This document shows, one piece after another, positions 17,398-27,104 of a DNA stretch of 64,000 nucleotides. Below the pieces are notes generated by a model, which was given only the letters and a program-made list of their open reading frames with translations, had not been told where the DNA came from and searched no databases. This DNA comes from a virus (lineage: Duplodnaviria > Heunggongvirae > Uroviricota > Caudoviricetes), in the IMG/VR virus record IMGVR_UViG_3300029705_000072. One strand, written 5' to 3'. Numbering within the stretch: the stretch's first letter is position 1; every line of letters starts with the position of its first letter. Position numbers and translations under genes: made by a program.

Positions 17398-17679
17398 ATG
17401 AGGATTCAACTCGACAAACACAATCATTATCTGTGCAGCGACGCTCATTCTGCATGGATAGCGGTTGAAAGAAAAAGCAAGACCGGAACTGTTTCCGACC
17501 TCGTTGTGAGTGGATACCACAGACAGGTAAACGATGTGGTTGTTTCGTACATAGAGGGAAAGATACGGTCTTCCGAGGCTACCAAGATATCTGAGCTAAA
17601 CAAAGAAGTACAAGCCCTCATTAAACAGGTTAGGTCGTGGGAGCCTGTAATTAAAGCAATCGACCTAGGGAAAAAATAA
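17398..17679 (+). CDS. hypothetical protein (93 aa)
   Basis: RBS aaagaaaggatt; preceded by about 290 nt of non-coding sequence containing a long hairpin. Confidence 0.5.
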   Translation: MRIQLDKHNHYLCSDAHSAWIAVERKSKTGTVSDLVVSGYHRQVNDVVVSYIEGKIRSSEATKISELNKEVQALIKQVRSWEPVIKAIDLGKK

Positions 17680-17912
17680 AACAGTTACAACAACACTGGC
17701 GTCGTAGCGATGCTCGACCTCGTCCGGAGTTCTCCCTTCATGCATACTCCCGTGGCAAACCCTTTCGTGCGGTAACATCTTTTCTCCTTTCCCTGTACCG
17801 CAATATACGATGTTCCATAAATCACCTCTCAAGAACATATTTTTCTCTCAGATCCCCTCTGGGCGAGGCCGAATATCGCTATGAAATCAGTGTTTTATAA
17901 AATGTATCATTG

Positions 17913-17948
17913 CCGCCATCTTTAGACATCTAGATGGCGGTTTTTTAT
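17913..17948 (+). terminator. rho-independent terminator
   Basis: gccgccatctttagacatctagatggcgg + tttttt. Confidence 0.8.
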
Positions 17949-17971
17949 TATCCCGAAAGGAGGGTGGATTT

Positions 17972-18328
17972 ATGGGTTACTATACAAGTTTTTCGGTAAA
18001 GCATAACAGCGAAGACGAAGCAGAAGTATCGGCAATCCGAGATGAGATTTACAAAATGAATCTCCCAGAGTTCTGGGAAAATGACGAAAGGACATTTGGC
18101 GCGTACGCAAAATGGTATGACGTTGATGAAGATATGTCGCTTTTGTCGTCAAAATTCCCGCAGGTTCTTTTCGTGGTAGACGGAGAGGGCGAGGACGGCG
18201 GTGATCTATGGAGGATGTATGCCTATGGTGGTGCTATCCAAATAGAGCGTGCTGAAATTAGCTACGGGAGTTTTGACATCGGAAAACTTCGTCGCATTAA
18301 ACACGACGAAAGATACTCATATCAGTAG
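17972..18328 (+). CDS. hypothetical protein
   Basis: RBS gaaaggaggg; 118 aa. Confidence 0.55.
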   Translation: MGYYTSFSVKHNSEDEAEVSAIRDEIYKMNLPEFWENDERTFGAYAKWYDVDEDMSLLSSKFPQVLFVVDGEGEDGGDLWRMYAYGGAIQIERAEISYGSFDIGKLRRIKHDERYSYQ

Positions 18329-18340
18329 AGGTGATACCCG

Positions 18341-18652
18341 ATGAAATGGAATGTGTTTCGAATTAATTTGACCAGAGATGAGGTCGAAGTATTCGATATC
18401 TTTAATCACACTCGTTTTAAAAACGACGTGGAAGAGGCTCTAAGAAATTCGAAGACAAAAGAAGAGTTCTCTGAACCACTCCGTAAGGAATTGATGTATT
18501 ATTACTGGTCGAAGTTTGAGTACGAAATGGTAATATCTCCTCTGATAAATCGGACCGGCTCATGTAGTACTAAGGTGGATATATATACTCAAGTGATGAA
18601 TAACTTTGATGTGTTTCTAGACTATATATGGTCTTTTAAGGAGAAAAAATGA
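18341..18652 (+). CDS. hypothetical protein
   Basis: tightly packed ORF. Confidence 0.5.
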   Translation: MKWNVFRINLTRDEVEVFDIFNHTRFKNDVEEALRNSKTKEEFSEPLRKELMYYYWSKFEYEMVISPLINRTGSCSTKVDIYTQVMNNFDVFLDYIWSFKEKK

Positions 18653-18882
18653 GATACGAAATTAGTGATTCTCAGGTAGGCGACCTGTTGTATTTTCTGC
18701 GCAAGTACGAAGAGTTGGCAGAGATTGAGTGCTTTATGGCTGAACAAAGAGCGAGTTCTGAAAGCAGTGGAGACCTAAGGGATACATACGAGTGTATCGC
18801 AAACGGAAAGCGTTTTGATCTGGAACGGGCACGCAGTTTGATGGAGGTTTTCGAGCATGAAAAGAATGAACAGGCTCATTAA
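18649..18882 (+). CDS. hypothetical protein
   Basis: overlapping ATGA start. Confidence 0.5.
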   Translation: MRYEISDSQVGDLLYFLRKYEELAEIECFMAEQRASSESSGDLRDTYECIANGKRFDLERARSLMEVFEHEKNEQAH

Positions 18883-19108
18883 TTGCAGAGCCACTCCGGA
18901 GGAATATGAGAATATTTCAAAGGAGGTTTTCTGTAGGTCTTATATGGACGATACGACATATGAGGAAATCGGCAGAGATCTGATTGATGTATATAAGAAG
19001 AATCCAGATGTAGTAAACGATGTGATGATAGCACTTTGCGGCTGGAGTCTGGAAAGTTTAGCTGTATTTGCCGGTGTCCTGGAAGACGAGGAAGGATTGA
19101 TCGCTTAG
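18857..19108 (+). CDS. hypothetical protein
   Basis: ORF in operon. Confidence 0.45.
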   Translation: MKRMNRLINCRATPEEYENISKEVFCRSYMDDTTYEEIGRDLIDVYKKNPDVVNDVMIALCGWSLESLAVFAGVLEDEEGLIA

Positions 19109-19128
19109 TGGGCAAAGAGAAATTTGAC

Positions 19129-19290
19129 ATGCATGATATCAGGTGCCCAGAATGCGGTGCCAAGTTAGTTTTCATGGGAAGAGCAAGTACCGACGTGTCT
19201 ATGTATGCTTGTGATAACTGCTTCTGTGATTGGGTCATAGAGGATAATGAGGATGGCGATCCTGAAATACGAAGAAAGTTTTGGGGGTGA
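19129..19290 (+). CDS. small zinc-ribbon protein (CPECG...CDNC)
   Basis: two CxxC pairs. Confidence 0.45.
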   Translation: MHDIRCPECGAKLVFMGRASTDVSMYACDNCFCDWVIEDNEDGDPEIRRKFWG

Positions 19291-19294
19291 GATT

Positions 19295-19459
19295 ATGAAT
19301 GGGACGTTTAGGTATAACGATATTACCATTAAAGGAAGTTCGATCTCCATAACCACGGTAAAGCATCTTGTAGAAGAGAATGGTTATACGCTTGAAGATG
19401 CTGTGTCTGCAGTAAGTAAGGCGTTCGGAGAAGTTCTTGAAAGAGGTGATGCGAACTGA
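19295..19459 (+). CDS. hypothetical small protein
   Basis: RBS ggggtgag. Confidence 0.4.
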   Translation: MNGTFRYNDITIKGSSISITTVKHLVEENGYTLEDAVSAVSKAFGEVLERGDAN

Positions 19460-19488
19460 GGGTCTCAATAAGCAGTGGAAATACAAAG

Positions 19489-20055
19489 ATGGGAGATATA
19501 TTAAGTGTGTCGCTTCCGTCAATACAGACTTGTAGGCCATGTGAGTGTCACCAAAAATGCTACGCGCATAAGATAGAGAGACTCCGAAAGAATGTGCGCG
19601 AGGCGTATAAGAGGAACCTGGCGATACTGCAGAGCGATCCAGATCAATACTGGAGGGAAGTGGAGTCGGCGATTATGACATCGCGCTTTTTCCGTTTCCA
19701 CGTCTCAGGAGATATTCCAGATGAAAAATACTTAGCAAACATGGCTGCAGTTGCAAACAGGCAGAGCCATTGTGAAATACTCTGCTTTACAAAAAAGTAC
19801 GAGTTGGTAAACGAATTCGTCAGTGAATGTGGCGATTTACCACCAAATCTTCATATGGTATTCAGCGCTTGGGTTGGCCTTGAGATGGTCAACCCATTTT
19901 TATTTCCCGAGGCACACGTGCGCTTTAGAGACGGAACAGCAACCGGCGATAGGGATTTTGTCGAGTGTGGCGGAAACTGTACAGAATGTGCCGTCACCGA
20001 CAGCGGCTGCTGGATTTTGAAGAAAGGAGAGGCGGTGATTTTCAATGAACATTAG
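19489..20055 (+). CDS. Cys-cluster protein (CRPCECHQKCY ... CGGNCTECAVTDSGC), possible metal/Fe-S binding
   Basis: two Cys clusters; 188 aa; function unknown. Confidence 0.5.
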   Translation: MGDILSVSLPSIQTCRPCECHQKCYAHKIERLRKNVREAYKRNLAILQSDPDQYWREVESAIMTSRFFRFHVSGDIPDEKYLANMAAVANRQSHCEILCFTKKYELVNEFVSECGDLPPNLHMVFSAWVGLEMVNPFLFPEAHVRFRDGTATGDRDFVECGGNCTECAVTDSGCWILKKGEAVIFNEH

Positions 20056-20419
20056 TGGTTTAGCGACTTCTGCTAGTTTAGGGGCTTCCACTGGTCTAGC
20101 GACTTCCGCGACTGCTGTAGATCATACGACCGGTCTGTGGGATGTGTATGCTCCACCAATTAGTTCTTATGTCGAAGGAGCTAGAGCAGATATTGATTTG
20201 CTTCATGAAACCATTCGTCTTAATGGAGTTGCTGCGGGTCATGAAACAACGATCAGAAGTATTGAGGAAAAGGTCGATGACCTCGATGCAAGAATTTGTC
20301 ACCTTGAGTACCTGCTCGGTGAGATGCATGACCTGCTCGGCGATATACTTGACGACATCAATAGCGAAAGCGCGGATAGTTTCCGTAAGCGTTTAGAAGA
20401 CCTACTTTTTGCATGTTGA
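20045..20419 (+). CDS. hypothetical coiled-coil protein
   Basis: 124-aa ORF. Confidence 0.45.
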   Translation: MNISGLATSASLGASTGLATSATAVDHTTGLWDVYAPPISSYVEGARADIDLLHETIRLNGVAAGHETTIRSIEEKVDDLDARICHLEYLLGEMHDLLGDILDDINSESADSFRKRLEDLLFAC

Positions 20420-20516
20420 AAAAAATAGCACACCTCAAACGCACTGATTCCAACGGGTTAAGGGGTGCGTGATGGTGAATAGTAGTGCTACAGAATAACA
20501 CGAGGAGGTTTTCGGA

Positions 20517-21671
20517 TTGGAAATCTATTTAGATAACGCAGCGACTACAAAGATAGACGATCGAGTGGTCGATGCAATGATGCCGTATTTGAAAGAAGAG
20601 TACGGCAACCCTGGCTCGCTCCACTTAAAAGGAGCGAGAGCGAGGGATGCCATAGAGAGCGCGAGATCGTCGGTTGCCAGATTGTTGAATTGTGATGCCG
20701 GTGAGGTAATATTCACGTCTGGGGGTACGGAGTCGAACGCGACGGCGATATCTGCGTACATTGAGGAAAACGCAATGAGCGCGCACAAGAACATAGTTGT
20801 TACGGAAACCGAGCACAAGTCTGTTCTGGCGGCAGTTGAAAAGGCAAAGAGATTCGGATTTAGGGTTACATACCTAAAACCGACGAGTGATCCGAATGAC
20901 TTGATTGCCGGACTGAAAGAGGTAATCGTTCCGGATGCCGGTCTTGTTTCCGTAATGTATGTTAACAATGAAACAGGTGCCGTTAATCCTGTGGAGGAAA
21001 TCGGAAAGATATGCAAGGCAAACGGTCTTACGTATCATGTCGATTGTGTTCAGGCTGCGGGCTGCCATCCAATCGATGTGAAAAAGATTGGATGCGACTT
21101 CCTTTCGATCTCCGGACACAAGATACATGGTCCAAAGGGTGTTGGTGCGCTGTTCGCAAAACGTGAATTTCATCCACTAATTTCAGGCGGTTTTGACCAG
21201 GAATTTGGGCTGAGGGGTGGTACTGAGAACGTACCAGGTATCGTCGGTCTAGGGGCCGCTAGTAGCCTCGTAGACCTATCTGACATCAACTATGTGTCAT
21301 TGCTGAAGCAGACCTTCTATCATAATTTGACCAAGGAGCTGCAGGCACTAAAGGAAGATACAGGTGTGTCGGTTAACGGTCCGAGTGTTATAACGCCTGG
21401 AAGAATTTTAAATTTAAAAATTGATGGAGTTGACGCCCAGACACTCGTTTTAATGATGAGTGCCAAGGGCGTTTATATTTCTGCTGGTTCCGCATGCAAC
21501 AGTCATGATTCTGAGCCGAGTCATGTTCTGTTGTCAATGGGGTTGACGCCTGAGGAGGCAAGAAGTTCTGTTCGTGTTTCGTTCTCCAGAATGAATACGG
21601 CAAGTGACGTTGTGCGCGCCGCAACAGTAATGGCTGAGTGTATTCAGCTGCTTAGAAAATGTAATGAATAA
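20517..21671 (+). CDS. cysteine desulfurase (NifS/IscS-like class V aminotransferase)
   Basis: YLDNAATT, FTSGGTESN and SISGHKIHGPKGVGALF motifs (PLP-Lys); TTG start with RBS GAGGAGG. Confidence 0.85.
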   Translation: MEIYLDNAATTKIDDRVVDAMMPYLKEEYGNPGSLHLKGARARDAIESARSSVARLLNCDAGEVIFTSGGTESNATAISAYIEENAMSAHKNIVVTETEHKSVLAAVEKAKRFGFRVTYLKPTSDPNDLIAGLKEVIVPDAGLVSVMYVNNETGAVNPVEEIGKICKANGLTYHVDCVQAAGCHPIDVKKIGCDFLSISGHKIHGPKGVGALFAKREFHPLISGGFDQEFGLRGGTENVPGIVGLGAASSLVDLSDINYVSLLKQTFYHNLTKELQALKEDTGVSVNGPSVITPGRILNLKIDGVDAQTLVLMMSAKGVYISAGSACNSHDSEPSHVLLSMGLTPEEARSSVRVSFSRMNTASDVVRAATVMAECIQLLRKCNE

Positions 21672-21685
21672 GGAGTGACTTTATC

Positions 21686-22588
21686 ATGTCGATCAAAGAC
21701 TTTTTTATGAAAGAAGAAGAATGTAATTATGGTACCACGATCCATACCAGAAAGGTTTTAAACACAAAGAGGGTAGTGATTGTTGGCGTGGCACTTTTTG
21801 TTGTCCTGTCGCTGGTATTAAGTATGTTCGTTATTATTCCTGCTGGTCATACCGGTGTTGTTTCAACATTTGGTAAAGTAAGCGAAAACGTGATGCAGGA
21901 AGGTTTTAATCTGAAGGCGCCCTGGCATAAGGTCACGAAGATGGACAACCGCGTGATTAAGCTGGAAATTGAAACAGAGGCTTTTAGTTCAGACCTTCAG
22001 ACTGTAAGTGTGAACATTGCTGTTAATTACCGGTTAGACCCAACAAAGTCCTACTACATTATCAAGAACGTAGGCAAGAGTTACGAAGAAGTGCTGGTAG
22101 CTCCTGCTGTTCATGAAGTAATGAAGACCATCATTGCAGAATACACAGCAGAAAAGAGCATTGCAAACAGAAATGAGATTTCGAATTCATTGATTAAAGA
22201 CCTCAACAGCAAGCTTACAAAGAGCGGCATTTCAGTAGCGGACATCAACATCATCGATTTCGACTTCAGCGAAACATATATTTCTGCAATCGAAGCTAAG
22301 CAGGTTGCAGAACAGCAGAGACTGCAAGCCCAGATCGAGCAGGAAAGAAAAACCATGGAGCAGCAGGCTGAGGCAGAACGCAAAGTAATCGCCGCCAAGT
22401 CTGAGGCTGAGGCAATTAAGGTGAAGGCAGAAGCTGAAGCGTATGCCGGTGAAATCGAAGCCCAGGTAAATGCAAAGATCGCAGCATCTCTGACAAACGC
22501 CCTGGTCGAATATAAGAAGATTGAGCGCTGGGATGGCGAGCTGCCTACCGTACAGGGTACAAGCGGTACCATTGTGGATCTGAAGTAA
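21686..22588 (+). CDS. SPFH/band-7 (prohibitin-like) membrane protein
   Basis: N-terminal TM segment, SPFH core, Ala/Glu-rich coiled-coil tail. Confidence 0.7.
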   Translation: MSIKDFFMKEEECNYGTTIHTRKVLNTKRVVIVGVALFVVLSLVLSMFVIIPAGHTGVVSTFGKVSENVMQEGFNLKAPWHKVTKMDNRVIKLEIETEAFSSDLQTVSVNIAVNYRLDPTKSYYIIKNVGKSYEEVLVAPAVHEVMKTIIAEYTAEKSIANRNEISNSLIKDLNSKLTKSGISVADINIIDFDFSETYISAIEAKQVAEQQRLQAQIEQERKTMEQQAEAERKVIAAKSEAEAIKVKAEAEAYAGEIEAQVNAKIAASLTNALVEYKKIERWDGELPTVQGTSGTIVDLK

Positions 22589-22687
22589 GGCCACCGGTGG
22601 TTTATGATCGGCAAGATATCTATGTGATTTCGGTTGATTTTTCGTGGATATTTTGCCGATAAAAATATGATCTGAAGGGGATTTGGA

Positions 22688-22930
22688 ATGGATATTAGGA
22701 AGTTGATATTAGATTCAGCTCCGCCTCTCGAATGGAGTTCCGATAAAAGTCATCCAATACACACGCTAGGTTTCTACATCTTCGGTATCGGCGATGGTTT
22801 TGTATTTGATGAAGAAGCTGTTAAAAACGCAGACGAAGGACTACTAAAGAAGATTTATGGTGAGATTGCAAGATACTGGTGCAAAGAAAACATTTGCGTA
22901 TATAAATACCAAAAATATGTAGACCTATAG
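22688..22930 (+). CDS. hypothetical small protein
   Basis: ORF. Confidence 0.4.
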   Translation: MDIRKLILDSAPPLEWSSDKSHPIHTLGFYIFGIGDGFVFDEEAVKNADEGLLKKIYGEIARYWCKENICVYKYQKYVDL

Positions 22931-22954
22931 AATACGATTTTAAGAGGATAAGAC

Positions 22955-23185
22955 ATGAAGAAGGTTGACGCAAGAGTTGTTAATTACAGAAGATGCAGTG
23001 GCAAATATTTTGTAAGAGGACAAGGATTTATTGAATTTAAACTTGGCTACTTTCATAAATGGGGAGTCGATAGTGAAGAGGTAGACGCTGGTGCTCTTAA
23101 CTATACGATAGGCATTGTAGAGCTTTCAGACGGTAGTGTTGTTACTGTAATACCAGAAAATATTAAGTTTATTGATGTTGAATAA
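22955..23185 (+). CDS. hypothetical small protein
   Basis: RBS aagaggataagac. Confidence 0.4.
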   Translation: MKKVDARVVNYRRCSGKYFVRGQGFIEFKLGYFHKWGVDSEEVDAGALNYTIGIVELSDGSVVTVIPENIKFIDVE

Positions 23186-23224
23186 CATCAAAATTACGGC
23201 TTTAAGTGATTGGAGGTAAACAAT

Positions 23225-23398
23225 ATGCCGGTAAATGATGAGTTAGGCAAGAGAATGAAAGAGTACTATGAGGGTATTCCTAAGACTAAATTAATGAGAA
23301 GAACGCCAGTTGCGATTAGAATTGATGGCAAAGCTTTTCATACTTTTACAAGAGGATTTCAGAAACCATTTAAGGAAAGAAGATGGAACAAAGGCTGA
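23225..23398 (+). CDS. hypothetical small protein
   Basis: RBS ttggaggtaaacaat. Confidence 0.4.
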   Translation: MPVNDELGKRMKEYYEGIPKTKLMRRTPVAIRIDGKAFHTFTRGFQKPFKERRWNKG

Positions 23399-23682
23399 TT
23401 GATGCGAACGCGTCACTGCGAAAGGTAGAGCAAATTCCTTACATTTCGAATGAGAACAAAGCGTTCCATGAAGGGTGCCGATATATGCAGAAAAAAGTTT
23501 TTAGGATACTCCATGAATCCAAGGCCATCGAAGCAGAACCCGTGATCCGCTGCAAGGATTGCAAATACTTTGGCTTTGAGATTTTACCATGCGAACATAA
23601 ACATTCCTGCAACAATTACCAGATGCCATACTGCAAACCCACGGATTATTGCAGTTACGGAGAAATGAAGGAAAGTGGCTGA
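23383..23682 (+). CDS. Cys-containing small protein, paralog of the ORF at 23704 (EPVIRCKDCKYFG)
   Basis: shared EPVI-x-C-x-DC motif. Confidence 0.45.
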   Translation: MEQRLIDANASLRKVEQIPYISNENKAFHEGCRYMQKKVFRILHESKAIEAEPVIRCKDCKYFGFEILPCEHKHSCNNYQMPYCKPTDYCSYGEMKESG

Positions 23683-23703
23683 AGATGGATTTGGAGGAGT
23701 AAT

Positions 23704-24033
23704 ATGAGCAACTTAGAACATCTCATAGAAAATGCACTGACGGCAACGGAAAAAGCTGAAGACAATAAGTACCAGGCATTTGTGGAAGAGATGAGCGCCG
23801 CATATAACCTGCAGATGCTTCAAACCACATCCGTTACCGAAGAAGATCTATGGGAGATCACGCAGTACATAATTTACACATGGATGCCGTCCGCAAACGC
23901 AGAACCCGTGATCCACTGCAGAGATTGCGTGTTTGGGAAAGGAACCGGCTCTGTTCGATTCTGCAATATACTGAAAGAAACGTTCCCGGAGAACGGCTAC
24001 TGCAGCTTCGGGAGACCGTGGGAGGAAAAGTAG
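23704..24033 (+). CDS. Cys-containing small protein, paralog of the ORF at 23383
   Basis: EPVIHCRDCVFGKG... Confidence 0.45.
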   Translation: MSNLEHLIENALTATEKAEDNKYQAFVEEMSAAYNLQMLQTTSVTEEDLWEITQYIIYTWMPSANAEPVIHCRDCVFGKGTGSVRFCNILKETFPENGYCSFGRPWEEK

Positions 24034-24155
24034 TATGGAAGAATACGATGTCTGTTACGAGTGCACCGGCTACGGCGATGACTACTACGAGGACGAAAAT
24101 GGCGAGATGAAGTGCGCCTGCGATGATTGCCCGTATTATTGTGGAGACGATGAAG

Positions 24156-24344
24156 ATGAATGGTAGATCAGAAGAATATAGCTTATTTGTGAAGTATGTA
24201 GACGGCGAACCTACGGAATACCTCTACGGACCATCGTGGAAGTCGATGGAACTTATGGTAGATGGAGGATATCCAACAAAAGAAGCTGCGATTGAAGCAT
24301 GGTCTAAAGAACAAGAGAGTGAGTCGAAGCAATTTGGGAACTAA
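24156..24344 (+). CDS. hypothetical small protein
   Basis: ORF. Confidence 0.35.
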   Translation: MNGRSEEYSLFVKYVDGEPTEYLYGPSWKSMELMVDGGYPTKEAAIEAWSKEQESESKQFGN

Positions 24345-24369
24345 TAGATAGTTTTGTTGAGGTAATAAG

Positions 24370-24555
24370 ATGAGAGATACGAACAGAATCTGGCCTTTCT
24401 GCAATGAGTTGGCTACGCTGTGGTCAAAACATCCGGATCTAAGGTTTGGCCAGATCGTAGTGAATTTAATCCGGCAGGCGCAAGCCGAAGGAATTAGAGA
24501 TATCTTTTTCCTGGAAGACGATGAGATGTTGGATCTGATTCGTAGACACCTGTAG
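24370..24555 (+). CDS. hypothetical small protein
   Basis: RBS gaggtaataag. Confidence 0.4.
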   Translation: MRDTNRIWPFCNELATLWSKHPDLRFGQIVVNLIRQAQAEGIRDIFFLEDDEMLDLIRRHL

Positions 24556-24582
24556 CAAATACGAATTTCATGAGGTGATAAT

Positions 24583-24837
24583 ATGATTTGTTCTCACGAA
24601 ACAGAATGGTGTAGGAACCATGTACATTGTAGCACTTGTAGTTATTATACGGAATCAGTTGGTACAGCAGGGGATACATATGCTGAATGGGTAATGACTG
24701 TCGATGATTTTGAAGATGGTCACGGAGAACGTGAATATCCGCACTGTTCTAATTGCAGCAGGGGCGTGTACAGACATGATGCAGGTAGTTGGTGTCCGTT
24801 CTGCGGAAAGCCTATGAAGAATCCTATGAGGTATTAA
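24583..24837 (+). CDS. zinc-ribbon small protein
   Basis: HCSTC...CSNC...CPFCG. Confidence 0.45.
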   Translation: MICSHETEWCRNHVHCSTCSYYTESVGTAGDTYAEWVMTVDDFEDGHGEREYPHCSNCSRGVYRHDAGSWCPFCGKPMKNPMRY

Positions 24838-24862
24838 AAACAAACTTTTAAGAGGTATAGAT

Positions 24863-25075
24863 ATGTTTGATTTTAAACATTGTCCATTTTGTGGTGGATA
24901 TATAAAATTTGAAAGCAGAACGGAATGGGTTGATTCAATTAAAACAGAAGTGTCGTGTACAAAATGTGGAATGAATTTTTTATATGAACAAAATTTCTCA
25001 TATTCAAAAGATGGAAGGATTGCTATGAATAATTCATTTGAAGAAATATGGGACAACAGAATTGATAACACTTAA
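24863..25075 (+). CDS. zinc-ribbon small protein
   Basis: CPFCGG...CTKCG; conserved upstream motif aaacaaactttTAAGAGGTAtagat. Confidence 0.45.
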   Translation: MFDFKHCPFCGGYIKFESRTEWVDSIKTEVSCTKCGMNFLYEQNFSYSKDGRIAMNNSFEEIWDNRIDNT

Positions 25076-25099
25076 AAACAAAACTTTTAAAAGGTAGTT

Positions 25100-25285
25100 A
25101 TGGAAAGACATAGTTTTATTTGTAATGCTTGTATCTATTTTGATATCAAGACAGACGAAGAATTAGACGCAACAAAATGCGAAAACTGCAATGGTCAAGG
25201 AAGAGAATGGCAACCAAGAAACGAAGAACTTTATGAAAAAGACCCTCAGAAGTTTACGAAATATCTTTTGTTAGGGTCGCAATAA
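25100..25285 (+). CDS. zinc-ribbon small protein
   Basis: CNAC...CENCNGQG; same upstream motif. Confidence 0.45.
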   Translation: MERHSFICNACIYFDIKTDEELDATKCENCNGQGREWQPRNEELYEKDPQKFTKYLLLGSQ

Positions 25286-25307
25286 AACAAACTTTCAAGA
25301 GGTAGTT

Positions 25308-25511
25308 ATGAACTATTGTTGTGTATGTGGCAGAAGCGCAAATCATCCTATTAAATCATTTCATTGCAACATTGATGCCGAAGTATATCATTATTGCCAT
25401 CGACACGCCTTTATCGGCAGAAGAGTGTTAAACAAATATGTTGTGCAGCAATTTCTTACAAAAGAACAGGAAAATTTTTGGGAAGAAATAAAGAAAGAAT
25501 ATTTAAGTTAA
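25308..25511 (+). CDS. Cys/His-rich small protein
   Basis: CCVCG...HYCHRH; same upstream motif. Confidence 0.45.
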   Translation: MNYCCVCGRSANHPIKSFHCNIDAEVYHYCHRHAFIGRRVLNKYVVQQFLTKEQENFWEEIKKEYLS

Positions 25512-25530
25512 ACATACAAAAATAAAATTT

Positions 25531-25649
25531 TATGTGGTGGCGGAATAGGTAGACGCTTACAAATTACAGTTCGGGTGTAGTCCGGTAAAGCTATGGAGTC
25601 CGATGCGCTGTTAGGATATGTAAGGTGCAAATCCTTACCCACATAAAAT
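25531..25649 (+). other. tRNA-like element (tRNA-Leu-like 5' part with insertion; possible pseudo-tRNA or novel RNA)
   Basis: ggcggaataggtagacgc matches the Leu tRNA D-arm; acceptor tatgtgg/ccacata extendable to a 10-bp stem; atypical T-loop tgcaaat; about 25 extra nt in the anticodon/variable region. Confidence 0.35.
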
Positions 25650-25675
25650 AAAGTTTTATTCCATTGGAGGGAAAT

Positions 25676-25873
25676 ATGGAAGATAAGAGACAAGTGTATA
25701 TTGATTACTTCACACATATGCAAGAAGAAGATAAGAAAATTCCTCTTGGTGGAATGGCGTGGGACGATATTTGCTGGTGGATTCACGATGCAACAGAGAA
25801 AAACAATCTATTTACAAGGAACGAACTTGCTGATATGTTTCCAGATTTATTAGGGCACATTAGAGAGAAATAA
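25676..25873 (+). CDS. hypothetical small protein
   Basis: RBS attggaggg. Confidence 0.4.
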   Translation: MEDKRQVYIDYFTHMQEEDKKIPLGGMAWDDICWWIHDATEKNNLFTRNELADMFPDLLGHIREK

Positions 25874-25897
25874 AAATAAGGTTTTAAAGGTAAAAAT

Positions 25898-26269
25898 ATG
25901 AGTGCTGCATTTGGGTTAGTTAGATTTAAAAAGTCAGGAAATATCTATTATTGTTGCTACGAGGGATCGTCTGACACGATGATTCCATATATCTGTACAC
26001 CAGAAGAATGCTACGATAAGGAAACCGGCTGTTATTCTGCAATTACATATTGCAGAAAACTGGATGGAACTTGTGAGTTTCCAAATGATGTTACTGACAT
26101 AGATGACATAGAAATTTATTCTAGTTATGGTGCTGGATTCTATTGGAATGGAACCGGAAGTGAGTCTATTAAGATGATTAAAAATTATTTAGCCCCATAC
26201 GAAGAGTGCTATGAGAACATGAAGTACGGAGAGCCAGAGTGGGTTAAACAGTTTTTAGAAGAAAGGTGA
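25898..26269 (+). CDS. hypothetical Cys-rich protein (123 aa)
   Basis: shared upstream motif. Confidence 0.45.
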   Translation: MSAAFGLVRFKKSGNIYYCCYEGSSDTMIPYICTPEECYDKETGCYSAITYCRKLDGTCEFPNDVTDIDDIEIYSSYGAGFYWNGTGSESIKMIKNYLAPYEECYENMKYGEPEWVKQFLEER

Positions 26270-26279
26270 AAATACGAAA

Positions 26280-26522
26280 GTGTCTAAGATTTATTCAATG
26301 ATTTATGATAGCCCCAAATACGGCAACAATGGCTATGGCGATTATCTGGGCGAGTTCAAAAGAGTTAAACAGCTCAGGGAAGATGCTTGGGTGGACGATT
26401 TCATTGGCATTAACACCGAAACCGAAGAAGTATGTTTGGTGCTTTCAAGGGAGGTTTGCGGATATGGTGGTGGAATTGCTTATGAAGTAATTCCATTGCC
26501 TGAGCTAACATTGAAGCAATAA
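26280..26522 (+). CDS. hypothetical small protein (GTG start)
   Basis: ORF. Confidence 0.35.
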   Translation: MSKIYSMIYDSPKYGNNGYGDYLGEFKRVKQLREDAWVDDFIGINTETEEVCLVLSREVCGYGGGIAYEVIPLPELTLKQ

Positions 26523-26545
26523 GAATAAAATTTTAATAGGTAGAT

Positions 26546-26827
26546 ATGAGTAAGAAACCGAAAGATGGAAATGTTCTTAAATCCGACGTGCTATGGATTA
26601 TTCAAAATTATATTCGTGGCATTCAAATGAATGACTATGGTAGTGATAAAGGCATACCTCAGTTATATGCGGTAATGGAGCAGATTGAAAATATGGAAGT
26701 GCAAGAAGCTAACTGGTTAAAGGATGAGAGGGGTGCTTGGGTTTGCTCTCATTGCGGTTATGATTTTTATAATAGTGTAGGAACTTGGGTAGACCATTGT
26801 GAAAAATGTGGATATAAGATGGTATAA
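26546..26827 (+). CDS. zinc-ribbon small protein
   Basis: CSHCGY...CEKCGY; upstream motif. Confidence 0.45.
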   Translation: MSKKPKDGNVLKSDVLWIIQNYIRGIQMNDYGSDKGIPQLYAVMEQIENMEVQEANWLKDERGAWVCSHCGYDFYNSVGTWVDHCEKCGYKMV

Positions 26828-26852
26828 AAATAAAGTTTTAAGGTTTGAATTT

Positions 26853-27101
26853 ATGGATTTTGAAACATTTCAATTAAATTGTAAATATGCCAAGTATGGC
26901 ATCAAAGACGGATACAGTAGTGTTTTTGAATTAACTTGTCGAAGACCCGACCGTATTCCCAAAGGATGCTCTTGGGGAATATGTGATAGAATGCATTGTC
27001 CTTATTTTGGTATTAAGATTGATGATGGTGTAATGATTGACGCAGAAACAGGGAAAACACTGCTTTCTTTTAGCGGTGGCAGATTTATATTTGGAGAATA
27101 A
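26853..27101 (+). CDS. hypothetical Cys-rich small protein
   Basis: upstream motif aaagttttaaggtttgaattt. Confidence 0.4.
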   Translation: MDFETFQLNCKYAKYGIKDGYSSVFELTCRRPDRIPKGCSWGICDRMHCPYFGIKIDDGVMIDAETGKTLLSFSGGRFIFGE

Positions 27102-27104
27102 ATA

